Source of the DNA: Methanomethylovorans hollandica DSM 15978
GTDB taxonomy: Archaea > Halobacteriota > Methanosarcinia > Methanosarcinales > Methanosarcinaceae
Assembly: GCF_000328665.1 (NCBI RefSeq)
Contig: NC_019977.1
Span: forward strand, 310,001-374,000
Length of the DNA: 64,000 nt
Direction: 5' to 3'
In this document: positions 1 through 9,525 of the stretch, in pieces
Numbering within the stretch: the first letter of the stretch is position 1
Layout: every line of letters starts with the position of its first letter
The notes under the pieces: generated by a model
Seen by the model: only the letters and a program-made list of their open reading frames with translations
Databases searched by the model: none
What the model was told of the DNA's origin: nothing
Translations under genes and position numbers: made by a program

Positions 1-1138
1 GCAACCAATAAAGTATAAACTTCCTAATTTTTACAATTTCAAATCTTACCTTAATTATATGATTTTGATGTATGCATGGAGATATTTTTCCATTCCATAT
101 GGCAACTCTACCAATTTGATTAACGCTTCCGTTGCCTTCTACAATTAAAAGGTCTCCTTCTTTCAGTAAAACTCGTGAAACCTCCTGTTCTTCAATGCCT
201 ATATATTTTAAATCATCTAATCTAAGTTCATTAGAATAAACATTAGCAACTCTGAGGTAAGGCAAAGTTGTAGATATTGCATTTCTTTTGGAGTTCTTTG
301 TAAGGCCGCCTGTTACTTCCCCGAGTTCCTCTATCTTCACCCATCCCCACCCCTCTGGCAGCCCTGGAAATTCCACAATTTCATCTTCTGTGAGGGGTTT
401 TACAGGCTTCATTTTCTTGCCGGAATATTTTGCAGCTTCTTCTCTTTCCTTTCGGATATGTTCCAGCAAATCCCGCGCATCCGGCAGATCGGTCTGCTGC
501 TCCCGCCATTTTCTGGTAAGTTCACCCTCAAACGCTTTCTTCAGCACCGCCTGCCTGTAAACTTTAAGTTGTTCCTGTGCCAGCCTTAGGTTGGCGATAC
601 CGTTGTCAAGCTCGCTGAAAAGCTGCTCGATCTTGGAGACAATGGCGCGCTGTTCGGGGAGGGGTGGGAGAGGGAATGGATATTCTTGCAGATATTTTGT
701 TGAAACTCTTGGCAAATTTACGCCACTTGAGTTATGTGTCATATCACTTACAAACTTACGTGACAAAAAGAAATATTTAGAATAGTTAAGATTGGAAATA
801 CTAGCAGATTTAAAAACAAGAATGTCTGTAGAACAAACTCCATCTTCATTAGCTAAATACACTTTATTCAAATAAGGTCTAAGTTTTCCGTAGAGCAGAT
901 CACCTTTTTTAAAACTATTTTTTATAGTAGTGATTGTATCGATTTTAACATCTTGTGTTAATGTTCCTCTATCTTTCTCAATATGTTCTAAACCAATGTA
1001 AAATAAGGATTCTCCTGAGCCATTGTGTTTATCGGACTTTAAAATGTGAGCTTCCCCAAGCCGCACCCATTGCCATCCTTCTGATAATCTTGGTAAATTC
1101 TCTATTCCAGCATTATTGAAAGATATCGAGTTATTCAT
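1..1138 (-). CDS. hsdS: Type I restriction-modification specificity subunit (3'-partial, runs off the window start)
   Basis: Absent from the ORF track because no stop lies in the window. Manual translation from ATG 1138 (alternative ATG 1147) gives MNNSISFNNAGIENLPRLSEGWQWVRLGE..., then ...KGDLLYGKLRPYLNKV..., the conserved spacer PLPPLPEQRAIVSKIEQLFSELD...RQAVLKKAFEGELT and a second LPEGWGWVKI. Lies downstream of hsdR. Confidence 0.9.
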   Translation of the reverse strand, partial: MNNSISFNNAGIENLPRLSEGWQWVRLGEAHILKSDKHNGSGESLFYIGLEHIEKDRGTLTQDVKIDTITTIKNSFKKGDLLYGKLRPYLNKVYLANEDGVCSTDILVFKSASISNLNYSKYFFLSRKFVSDMTHNSSGVNLPRVSTKYLQEYPFPLPPLPEQRAIVSKIEQLFSELDNGIANLRLAQEQLKVYRQAVLKKAFEGELTRKWREQQTDLPDARDLLEHIRKEREEAAKYSGKKMKPVKPLTEDEIVEFPGLPEGWGWVKIEELGEVTGGLTKNSKRNAISTTLPYLRVANVYSNELRLDDLKYIGIEEQEVSRVLLKEGDLLIVEGNGSVNQIGRVAIWNGKISPCIHQNHIIKVRFEIVKIRKFILYWL

Positions 1139-1265
1139 TTTAAGCATCTAATGCCTCAATATTTACTGTCAGATTATAGTTAAACACTCATGGTTTGTAA
1201 CTTATGAACGGTAAAATCAAATTCAATAGGTAGTTATGTCAATACTATAAGTTTCAAACAAAAGG

Positions 1266-2612
1266 TTAACAACTATAATCTATTACTTCCCAATGTCCAC
1301 CTTTTGCAGGACCGATGCGTTTTATCTTTCCTTCAGCTTTCAATTTCCGAAGATTCCATTCAACACCTTGTATGGACAAGCCTGTGATCTGACACAGTTC
1401 TTCACGGGTAACAGTGGGATTATCCCTGATTGCCTCAAGTATTATTTCTGCATTTTTCCCCTTAGTTTTCTCCGAACTTTCACCCAAATCTGCCTCAGAA
1501 GTTCTGTCAAGTTTTCGGAAAATAACAGAAAAACCGCTATTGTATTCAAATTCCACAGACGATTTTTTGTTCTCGTCCACTGCCTGTATAATTCGGCTTA
1601 TGCCCGTACCCACTTTTTCAATGTAGTTTATACGATGCAGCAAAGAAGCGATCAGAGGGTTACGTGTGACACTCTTACGTCCGAACTCGGAAGGTCTAAG
1701 ACCGCTTGGCAGCCCTCCGGGATTGGATATCTGCACCCTGTCATCAAAGACCTCGATAAGCACATTGGAGCTTCTGTCAAAATAATCACGGTGGCAGACA
1801 GCGTTTATTATGGCTTCTCTCAGTGCCACATCAGGAATATCCGGAATCTCTTCCCGCTGCACACCCTCGATCTTATACTGCACGTTGGTGTGCCTTTTCA
1901 CGAAAAGGATGGCATTATCGATGTTTTCGACAATGTTCTCCTTGAAATCCTTCTTGTCAAGGATATGCACCTTCTCCGTACCCTTGTATAGCACGCATAC
2001 CACAATGGCATGATTCATCAGGAAATCAATATCCTTCGCAAAGAACAGCACGCCTGCATTCGTCAGTTTTCCCTCATCATTGATGCAATCGAGGTTTCTA
2101 AGCAGCGACATCCTGTCAATGGACCTGCTGACGCCTGCCATGTTCAGGAAATTTTCAAAAGCCCTCTCATCGAAATCATTATCGAAAACCGCCTTCTCAT
2201 TTCTCAGTTCCTCAAAGCGAATGCGCCCTTCCTTCTGGAAGAAATCAATGATCTCATTGCGTGTAAGTTTCTGGGAGTTCGCCCCGTTGCGGATAAAGAA
2301 GCCTCTTGAGCAGGCATAGGGCTTGTCGCTGCCCTCCGGCACCTCCACGATGATAAGGTTATCCTGCACCCTTATCTCAATATCAAGATACAGCTGCAAC
2401 TGCCTGAGGGAATCCTGCACCCTTGACCTGAAACTGTTATCAGTATGTGTACCTTTTATGGTTCCATTATCAGCAACACCAAGGATGACCCTTCCCCCGC
2501 CGGAATTGGCAAAAGCGCAAACCTCCTCCACAAAGGACTTATCAAGGAATTCCTTGAACTCTATGTGGTATCCTTCGCCAGCCTCTATGATGTCTTTGAT
2601 CGAAAATTCCAT
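1266..2612 (-). CDS. AlbA_2 (Schlafen-like) domain + RecG-C/HATPase_c_4 domain + C-terminal HTH protein
   Basis: N-terminal GEGYHIEFKE...VCAFANSGGGRVILGVADNG (AlbA_2); central ALREAIINAVCHRDY...IEVFDDRVQISNPGGLP...RNPLIA...IEKVGTGI; C-terminal HTH ending RIGPAKGGHWEV. Confidence 0.85.
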   Translation of the reverse strand: MEFSIKDIIEAGEGYHIEFKEFLDKSFVEEVCAFANSGGGRVILGVADNGTIKGTHTDNSFRSRVQDSLRQLQLYLDIEIRVQDNLIIVEVPEGSDKPYACSRGFFIRNGANSQKLTRNEIIDFFQKEGRIRFEELRNEKAVFDNDFDERAFENFLNMAGVSRSIDRMSLLRNLDCINDEGKLTNAGVLFFAKDIDFLMNHAIVVCVLYKGTEKVHILDKKDFKENIVENIDNAILFVKRHTNVQYKIEGVQREEIPDIPDVALREAIINAVCHRDYFDRSSNVLIEVFDDRVQISNPGGLPSGLRPSEFGRKSVTRNPLIASLLHRINYIEKVGTGISRIIQAVDENKKSSVEFEYNSGFSVIFRKLDRTSEADLGESSEKTKGKNAEIILEAIRDNPTVTREELCQITGLSIQGVEWNLRKLKAEGKIKRIGPAKGGHWEVIDYSC

Positions 2613-2614
2613 TT

Positions 2615-5371
2615 TTAAGCCGCCAGTGCCTCGTTCAGTTCGCTGATAATGCTGTTCATCTCATCGCCAAAGAGCTGATACATCCTGCTACGGCTTCCTT
2701 CTCTATCAAAAGGTCTGTAATCGAGATCGTCTAGTTCCATGTGTACATTGTCAATAATATAATCCTTTATCATACGCAGCCATTGCATCTGCTCCTCATT
2801 GAATTTCACAGTTCCGGCTTGCTTTTTGAACACCCAGTCCCGGAAGTTGCGGTTCACCGTCAGGTCGTATGCAGTAAGTACCGGGTCGATCTCCGTCACC
2901 CTGCGGATCAGGGAGACCAGAGCTGTAAGCTCTTTTTTCGGAGAGTTCCCGTTCACCTTCTCCAGCTGCTCGTAAGCCTGCCATACCCTCAAAGGCGCAA
3001 ACAGCGGTTTTTCCAGTTTCAGCCTCTCCAGCACTTCCTTTATCATGGCAAAAGTAACATCCCTGCGCTGGTAAGGCTGGTTGTAGAATATCCGAAGGGC
3101 TGTGATCTCATCCTTGTGGGCTTCCAGATACTCCCTGAAATCCCGCACAAGCTCATCCGCCCTCACCACAGCATCCTTATCCCATTCGGTCCGTGTCACT
3201 ACGTCAATGTTCACCGTATCAATGATCTGCTCATGCACCCTGCGCACATTCTCAATATACTCGTTAAGCTCTCCCGTAAAAGTGAACCTTGCAACATCGA
3301 TCAATTCCTGCTGCGCCTGCCTGCTCGCCTTCTCCTGCGGCATGTCCGGCTGAATCTCCCTTATCTCAAAAGCCCGACCCTCGATCACATCCGGGTTATA
3401 CGCATTCAGCAGGTCTCTTATGGTCTGGTTGATGGTCTTCCCGCTGGCCTTTTCAGCATACACGATCTTCTCATCGGGAGTTATCATCTTATCCAGCCGC
3501 GCCAGCCGGTTCGCCAGCGAGACATATAGGTCCTCGTCCTGCGCACCAAAGGTCACGGCCGCCAGCAGGTCCTTGAGCGGTGCTCCTTTCTTCCTCTCAA
3601 GCGGTCTGCTGTCTGTTTTCATGGACTTCGTCACGCCCACAGCATCCACAATAACAAAATGCGTCTTGGCAGACACCACCGAAGGTGTCACTTTCCTCAG
3701 GTCATCATACCCCATGACCCGCGTACCGCGGCCTTTCATCTGCTCAAAGTAGTTGCGGCTCTTCACATCCCGCATGAACAGCAGGCATTCCAGCGGCTTT
3801 ACATCCGTACCCGTGGCTATCATGTCCACGGTTACCGCTATCCTGGGGTTGTAGTCATTGCGCAGTGCAGACAGCACAGAATCCGCATCTTCCTCCGCCT
3901 TGTACGTCACCTTCTTGCAGAAAGCATTGCCCTCGCCAAACTCCTCCCGCACGATCTGGATAATATCATCCGCATGGCTGTCTGTCTTGGCAAAGATCAA
4001 AGTTTTCGGTATCTCCTGCCTTCCCGGGAATATCTCCGGCAGCTTATCCCTGAACGCCCTGATTACATTGCGTATCTGGCTCGGGTTCACCACATCCCTG
4101 TCCAGCTGCCTGCCGGTATAGGTAAAAGCCTCATCCAGCTGCTCCCATCTTTTCCTTCGGCTCAGCTTCTCCCTTTTATCCACGAATTCCCTGGCCTTTA
4201 TCTCAGCGCCCTTTTTAGTGATCTCGGTCTCGATGGTGTACACATCATAACCCACGTTCACACCGTCCGCCACAGCATCTTCGTAGCTGTACTCGCTCAC
4301 CACGTTCTCATTGAAAAAACCAAAAGTGCGCTTATCCGGCGTGGCAGTAAGCCCTATCAGGAAAGCATCAAAATAGTCCAGCACCTGCTTCCACAGGTTG
4401 TATATGGAGCGATGGCACTCATCGATGACGATGAAATCGAACTGCTCGATAGGCACTTTCTCATTGTATACCACAGGCAGCGGCTCCTTAGGCTGCCATC
4501 CGCTCTCGGCAGGATTCGTTTCCTCAGTTTCCTCGTCCAGCTCCTCACCTTTCAGGATAGAATACAACCGCTGGATGGTGGAAATACACACCTGGCTGTC
4601 CGAAGCCATATAGCTGGAACGCAGCCGCTGCACGTTGTACAGCTCGGTGAACTTGCGGTTATCGTCATTGGGTGTATATGCCATGAACTCCTGTTCTGCC
4701 TGCTTGCCCAGATTTCGTGTATCTACAAGGAACAATACTCTCTTAGCATCCGCATATTTAAGCAAGCGGTAAATGAACGTAACAGCAGTGTATGTTTTTC
4801 CAGAGCCAGTGGCCATCTGGATCAATGCCCTGGGGTGATTTTCCTTAAATGACCTCTCCAGGTTATTGATCGCCCGTATCTGGCAATCATGCAATCCCTC
4901 TGTCCGAAGCCCCGGGATATCCAGCAATCTGTTTCTCAGTGACCTTTCCTCTTTGAGCCATTCCCTGAAGGTCTCCGGACGATGGAATGAAAAAACAGGT
5001 CTTGATCTTGGTTTCGGGTCGCGGTGGTCAGTGAACCTCGTAAGTGTCCCCGTGCTCTCGTATACAAAAGGCAGAGGGTCATTGTTCAGGTATTTCAGCT
5101 TGCTTGTGGCATACTCCCCTGACTGTTCCTCCACAACAGTTAGTCTGTGGCCTTCTTCTTCCTTCTTGGCCTCTATTATCCCCACAGGGCTTTTATCCAC
5201 GAAAAGCACGTAGTCCGCAGGTCCGACATCTGTAAAGTACTCCTTTACAGCAATACCATCGGCTGCACTCCAGTCTATCCTGTTCCTTTCCTGCACTATC
5301 CAGCCGGAAGCTTCCAGTTTCCCATCGATCCTGTTTCTGGCTTCCTGCTCAGGGCTCTGGTTATGGCTCAT
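2615..5371 (-). CDS. hsdR: Type I restriction endonuclease R subunit (EcoAI/EcoEI-like)
   Basis: Nuclease motif ADYVL...IIEAKK, Walker A MATGSGKT, DECH box, LTATP, TVDMIATGTDV, QMKGRGTR. Likely start MSHNQ at 5371 (track start 5431). Confidence 0.93.
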   Translation of the reverse strand: MSHNQSPEQEARNRIDGKLEASGWIVQERNRIDWSAADGIAVKEYFTDVGPADYVLFVDKSPVGIIEAKKEEEGHRLTVVEEQSGEYATSKLKYLNNDPLPFVYESTGTLTRFTDHRDPKPRSRPVFSFHRPETFREWLKEERSLRNRLLDIPGLRTEGLHDCQIRAINNLERSFKENHPRALIQMATGSGKTYTAVTFIYRLLKYADAKRVLFLVDTRNLGKQAEQEFMAYTPNDDNRKFTELYNVQRLRSSYMASDSQVCISTIQRLYSILKGEELDEETEETNPAESGWQPKEPLPVVYNEKVPIEQFDFIVIDECHRSIYNLWKQVLDYFDAFLIGLTATPDKRTFGFFNENVVSEYSYEDAVADGVNVGYDVYTIETEITKKGAEIKAREFVDKREKLSRRKRWEQLDEAFTYTGRQLDRDVVNPSQIRNVIRAFRDKLPEIFPGRQEIPKTLIFAKTDSHADDIIQIVREEFGEGNAFCKKVTYKAEEDADSVLSALRNDYNPRIAVTVDMIATGTDVKPLECLLFMRDVKSRNYFEQMKGRGTRVMGYDDLRKVTPSVVSAKTHFVIVDAVGVTKSMKTDSRPLERKKGAPLKDLLAAVTFGAQDEDLYVSLANRLARLDKMITPDEKIVYAEKASGKTINQTIRDLLNAYNPDVIEGRAFEIREIQPDMPQEKASRQAQQELIDVARFTFTGELNEYIENVRRVHEQIIDTVNIDVVTRTEWDKDAVVRADELVRDFREYLEAHKDEITALRIFYNQPYQRRDVTFAMIKEVLERLKLEKPLFAPLRVWQAYEQLEKVNGNSPKKELTALVSLIRRVTEIDPVLTAYDLTVNRNFRDWVFKKQAGTVKFNEEQMQWLRMIKDYIIDNVHMELDDLDYRPFDREGSRSRMYQLFGDEMNSIISELNEALAA

Positions 5372-5765
5372 AGGTTTTATCCATGGATTTCTCCGCTTAT
5401 CCTGTCCCCGGGAACTGCATGGAAAATTCATGCAGTTTCAGGAATGATTTTATAAAAGTCTATGTTCACATTCAATATAAGTATTCTTAGTTCCAGTTGT
5501 ATACGGTTTGCATATCTCTTAACGAAAAATAGAGTCAGTTGCTTCAATTTTGCACAAAGCCAAAAAACAAGAAAGGCCCAATAGGACAAAACATGGAAGG
5601 TTTATAGAATACGAAGATTTTTCAATTATCCATTGACCCCGTATTAGCATGCTTCATGATTCTTTCAACTACAGCATCTGTATTTTAGACTGGTCATGTA
5701 AGAACCCTTCTGCACTGCGGCGGCTAAAAGTACTTATATACTGCTGCAACATAGTTCCACCCCGG

Positions 5766-6731
5766 ATGAGGGATACATACTATAATCAGGACTGCATAAC
5801 CGGTGCACGTGACCATATTCCTGACCGAAGTGTCGATCTTATCATCACAGATCCTCCATTTGCCATAAATGGTAACAATCTCCACAAACATTATCACAGG
5901 AAAGAAGAGCATGTGTTCGAAGGGTATGTTGAGGTGGATCAGGAAGAATACCGTGATTTTTCCATAAAGTGGATGCATGAGGCCCACAGGGTTCTCAAGG
6001 ACACTGGTTCCATGTATGTGGTCTCAGGATGGAGCAATCTTCTGGATATACTGCTTGCTCTTGAAAAAAATGATTTTGAATTGATCAACCATATTATATG
6101 GAAATATAATTTCGGCGTGAGTACAAGGCACAAGTTCGTTACGTCTCATTACCACATTCTCTACTGTAAAAAATCAGCTGCAAAAAAAGTGAAATTTAAT
6201 ACCTTCTGCAGATTTGGAACATCTGAGAAGCATGACGATAACAGTTCTATGCTTTATAATGACCTGGAAGATGTATGGGTGATCAACAGGGATTTCAAGA
6301 AAGGCAGGTTAAGGAATAAGAACACCCTTCCTGCAGAACTGTTAAAGAAGATGATCCTTTACTCCTCAGATGAAAATGACCTTGTCTGTGATTTTTTCCT
6401 GGGCAGTTTCTCCACGGCAAAGATATCTAAGTCTCTCAACAGATATTCCACAGGCTTTGAGGTAAATAGCGATGTGTATGATTACCAGCTGGAACAAATG
6501 CACAATATAGAACGTGGTTACATACTTAAAGAACTGTGCTCCAATGGGGGAAATCCGCATCACAACCAGAGGAAGCGCTGGACGGAAGAAGAAGCAAATA
6601 AGGTCATTGCACGCTATGATGCTATTAAGAGTGCTGGGCTCACAGACAAAAAAGCCTACCAGTTACTTTCCATGGAATTTGGCCGGGGGTATTTCTCTAT
6701 GATGAACATTACTAAGAAAAACAGGAAATAA
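5766..6731 (+). CDS. N6-adenine/N4-cytosine DNA methyltransferase (beta class) with C-terminal helical extension
   Basis: Catalytic DPPF near the N-terminus (DLIITDPPF), IIWKY, and SAM-binding motif DFFLGSFST late in the protein. Likely start MRDTYY at 5766 (track start 5649). Confidence 0.85.
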   Translation: MRDTYYNQDCITGARDHIPDRSVDLIITDPPFAINGNNLHKHYHRKEEHVFEGYVEVDQEEYRDFSIKWMHEAHRVLKDTGSMYVVSGWSNLLDILLALEKNDFELINHIIWKYNFGVSTRHKFVTSHYHILYCKKSAAKKVKFNTFCRFGTSEKHDDNSSMLYNDLEDVWVINRDFKKGRLRNKNTLPAELLKKMILYSSDENDLVCDFFLGSFSTAKISKSLNRYSTGFEVNSDVYDYQLEQMHNIERGYILKELCSNGGNPHHNQRKRWTEEEANKVIARYDAIKSAGLTDKKAYQLLSMEFGRGYFSMMNITKKNRK

Positions 6732-6738
6732 CAATTTC

Positions 6739-7719
6739 TCATTCCAGTTTTTTCATTATATTATAGTCCATGATCGTAGAAACAGGGTATGCTTTTACAG
6801 GAATACCGGCTTCTGCAATAGCTGAGATGGCATTGCTTCCCACTATCACAGGTATGCCTGCTTTTCCTCTTTCCATAGGTACGTTGAAAACATCTTCGCT
6901 GGTCTCCCCTATCTGAAGATATCCGTTGATATCGGAGTCTTTTGCAAGTTCCATTACCTCATGTGCCTTTTCCCTTGCAGAACCCGGTATGTGGCGCAGG
7001 TTAGCAAGCAGCTTTCCATTACCACTTTCAATATAATCGAGCACTGAAGTAGAATGCCTGTTAATGAATATTTTAATAGGATCTATCGATGTTCCGCTGT
7101 AGCCTATGATATCTACAAAACTTACGGGCTGGTGAGCTTCCATCTGCATAAGCCCTCCATATAATGGAGTTGAAGGAATCCCGTTCTTCAGAAGGATACC
7201 GTCATAGGTGATACTACATACATTGGCTATTGCAAATTTACCGTCAGGTACGAAGATATCATCTTCTTCAGAGTCCTCATCCACTATCCTTATCCTGGGG
7301 CTTATGGATATTCCGGCATTAATTGCATATTTCAGCACATCCATAGCTTTCTCATAATCACTTTTGTCAATGATGGATACATTCACTATGACATTACCTT
7401 TCTTTTCCCGAAGGTCGTATGTGGTCTTGTACACCAGTTCTTCTATCCGGGTGATGACCAGATCCAGCCTGTCACTTATAAGTGCGTCACTGAGTTCTTT
7501 CTGTCCGTGTTCCGTTATGGTACGCCCGATATATCCATGCTTCTTGGTGAATCCCCTTTCATCCAGTATGCGCAGGTGATAACGTACAGCCCTTTCTCCA
7601 ATGGCATACCCCCTGTTCTGCAGTTCATCTGCTATCAGGCGAGCTCCTAATGGTTTGTCGCTCTTGCTGATTATCCGCATTATTTCAATAAGTTTCCTTT
7701 CGACATTGGGGTCTGTCAT
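6739..7719 (-). CDS. nrpR: Nitrogen regulatory repressor NrpR (wHTH + one NRD/DUF128 domain; NrpRI-type)
   Basis: PLGARLIADEL...IGERAVRYHLRILDERGFT wHTH, followed by the NRD motif CSITYDGILLKNGIP...YSGTSIDP. Confidence 0.85.
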   Translation of the reverse strand: MTDPNVERKLIEIMRIISKSDKPLGARLIADELQNRGYAIGERAVRYHLRILDERGFTKKHGYIGRTITEHGQKELSDALISDRLDLVITRIEELVYKTTYDLREKKGNVIVNVSIIDKSDYEKAMDVLKYAINAGISISPRIRIVDEDSEEDDIFVPDGKFAIANVCSITYDGILLKNGIPSTPLYGGLMQMEAHQPVSFVDIIGYSGTSIDPIKIFINRHSTSVLDYIESGNGKLLANLRHIPGSAREKAHEVMELAKDSDINGYLQIGETSEDVFNVPMERGKAGIPVIVGSNAISAIAEAGIPVKAYPVSTIMDYNIMKKLE

Positions 7720-8020
7720 AGTTATTCCTGTCTGTATTTTGTTTCAAAGGTTAGTTTGGGATTAATGGAATATATCCGTCATATCTATAAAGATTATGTA
7801 TCAGGTTCTATTGTGTTTTTTGAGCAAATTGCATGATCATGTTGCATATCCTTAGAATATGTGCTCTTATATGTTTCTTTCTTCATTTGTTTCGTGCATA
7901 AAACTAGGTTACTTTATTATGATTGTAGAAAGTTTCATATTCTATGCCATTCAATTCTTAGTTTGGAGTAGTGGGTAAAAAAGCCCATTCCCATTGAATA
8001 TAAAAGGAGTGTTATAAGAA

Positions 8021-8296
8021 ATGTTATTTATGGACATAAGTACTTGGGCACCGGAACACAGAGAAGATATCCTGAAACACTTCAAGGAAATTAGGCCACC
8101 GGCGGGTATTCATGTTGTCAATCAGTGGCTGGACCTTACAGGCGGCAGATTCTTTATTCTCTATGAGGCTGAGAGTTCAGAGGCATACGCAGCTTTCAAT
8201 CTGCCGTGGTCTGATGTTTGTACCATCGACAGTGTGCCGGTCATGGAGGCAATTGATTTCATAAAACACATGGCAGAACATGGATTGAAATTCTAA
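8021..8296 (+). CDS. Small DUF3303-like protein
   Basis: 91 aa, PPAGIHVVNQWLDLTGGRFF...PWSDVCTIDSVPV pattern; AGGAG RBS upstream. Confidence 0.7.
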   Translation: MLFMDISTWAPEHREDILKHFKEIRPPAGIHVVNQWLDLTGGRFFILYEAESSEAYAAFNLPWSDVCTIDSVPVMEAIDFIKHMAEHGLKF

Positions 8297-8362
8297 GTTC
8301 TGAAAAATAATTGGTCGGCCTTAAAGGCTGACGCACTTTTCTATTTTTCAATGCATATAGTT

Positions 8363-8971
8363 CTACATTGCTGCTGAAAGAGTTATCTTTCTATCTGAAT
8401 CTCCTACAAGCAAGTTGAAATCCCCGGCAGGCAAAGCCGCAGTATTGTAATCATATGTGAACTTTCCTTCATTGTCAGCATCTATGATCTCCGCAGCTTC
8501 AAGGTAGATGGTCACTTCTTTTTCTCCTTCCTTTGCCTGGCCATGGATGGAAATATCATATTTTCCTGAAGGTACGTTCTCTTCTGAATAAACAGCTTCA
8601 TCACTATTAGCTTCAAATGTCCTTGTGTAGGTAATGAACATCTTCACGCTGAAACTAAGATCCTTGGCTTTACGGCCCTTTATGGTAAACTTGTTCGGAC
8701 CATCGGGTATCTCTACTTTGTCCATATTGTATTCATATTTCCCATCTATGACCGGAACCTTCTTTTCAAAAGATACCTTAACCTTGACCTTGGCCTCAGG
8801 ATCAGTGCTACCTGTAATAGTAAGAGTATCACCAACCAGGGGCAACTCTGGTATGTGTTCCCAATTAACATTCATATTGTTAGTACTGATATCAAGATCA
8901 CGGTATTTTGGACGATTTATAGTTTTCAGCAAATTAAGAAAAGAGCTCTTTTTTTTTTTAGTATTGCTCAC
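8363..8971 (-). CDS. Hypothetical beta-rich (Ig-like) protein
   Basis: 202-aa ORF with GGGGG RBS-like run and beta-strand-rich composition; no recognised catalytic motif. Confidence 0.6.
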   Translation of the reverse strand: MSNTKKKKSSFLNLLKTINRPKYRDLDISTNNMNVNWEHIPELPLVGDTLTITGSTDPEAKVKVKVSFEKKVPVIDGKYEYNMDKVEIPDGPNKFTIKGRKAKDLSFSVKMFITYTRTFEANSDEAVYSEENVPSGKYDISIHGQAKEGEKEVTIYLEAAEIIDADNEGKFTYDYNTAALPAGDFNLLVGDSDRKITLSAAM

Positions 8972-9016
8972 TATTTCCCCCCACAGACCTTAAAATATAT
9001 GGATACAATGGAAGAT

Positions 9017-9397
9017 TTACTCTTCCTGTTCCTTTTTCATTTCTTCTTCTGATTCAGCTTCCTTTTCTACTTCTTCAGTTTCTTCCTTTTTCTCGCCGAT
9101 CATCTCATCAAGCTTATTCTGAAGCTGCTGCATCTGTTCTTTCAGAATTTTGAGGTCATCCTTTTTCACGACTTCTGCACGCTTGAATGTTTCCTGGACC
9201 TTTGCATTGATCTTTTTTTCCATCTCTTCAGTCTGTTTTTTCTGCTCTTCGAGGACTTCTTTAACGAATTTCTTACCTTCCTTCTTATTCATCTCTCCAC
9301 TATCGATTAGCTCCTTTGAAATCTCGTTGATCTTATCCTCAGTAAGGGCCCACAGGCCAATTCCAAAAAGGCCAACTTTTTTTAGAGTATCTTTCAT
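9017..9397 (-). CDS. Phasin-family coiled-coil protein
   Basis: LKKVGLFGIGLWALTEDKINEISKELIDSGEMNKKEGKKFVKE pattern; GAGGT RBS. Confidence 0.7.
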   Translation of the reverse strand: MKDTLKKVGLFGIGLWALTEDKINEISKELIDSGEMNKKEGKKFVKEVLEEQKKQTEEMEKKINAKVQETFKRAEVVKKDDLKILKEQMQQLQNKLDEMIGEKKEETEEVEKEAESEEEMKKEQEE

Positions 9398-9525
9398 ACT
9401 ATTTTACCTCGTTATGAGTTGTATTCTGATGAAATAAATATCTTTGTACAAGATACGCATGAGCACAGCTATTTCTTGTGGAACAAAAAAGAAAAGTAAT
9501 ATTGATTTTCAGAATTGTATCAATT

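Noticed and set aside
2741..4852. Long plus-strand ORFs (262 and 397 aa) opposite hsdR
   Set aside because: Antisense shadow frames of a GC-rich gene; no motifs or RBS.
7964..7992. GGAGTAGTG and GGGTAAAAA words shared with the 38.4-kb sRNA candidate
   Set aside because: Short matches in swapped order, compatible with chance.
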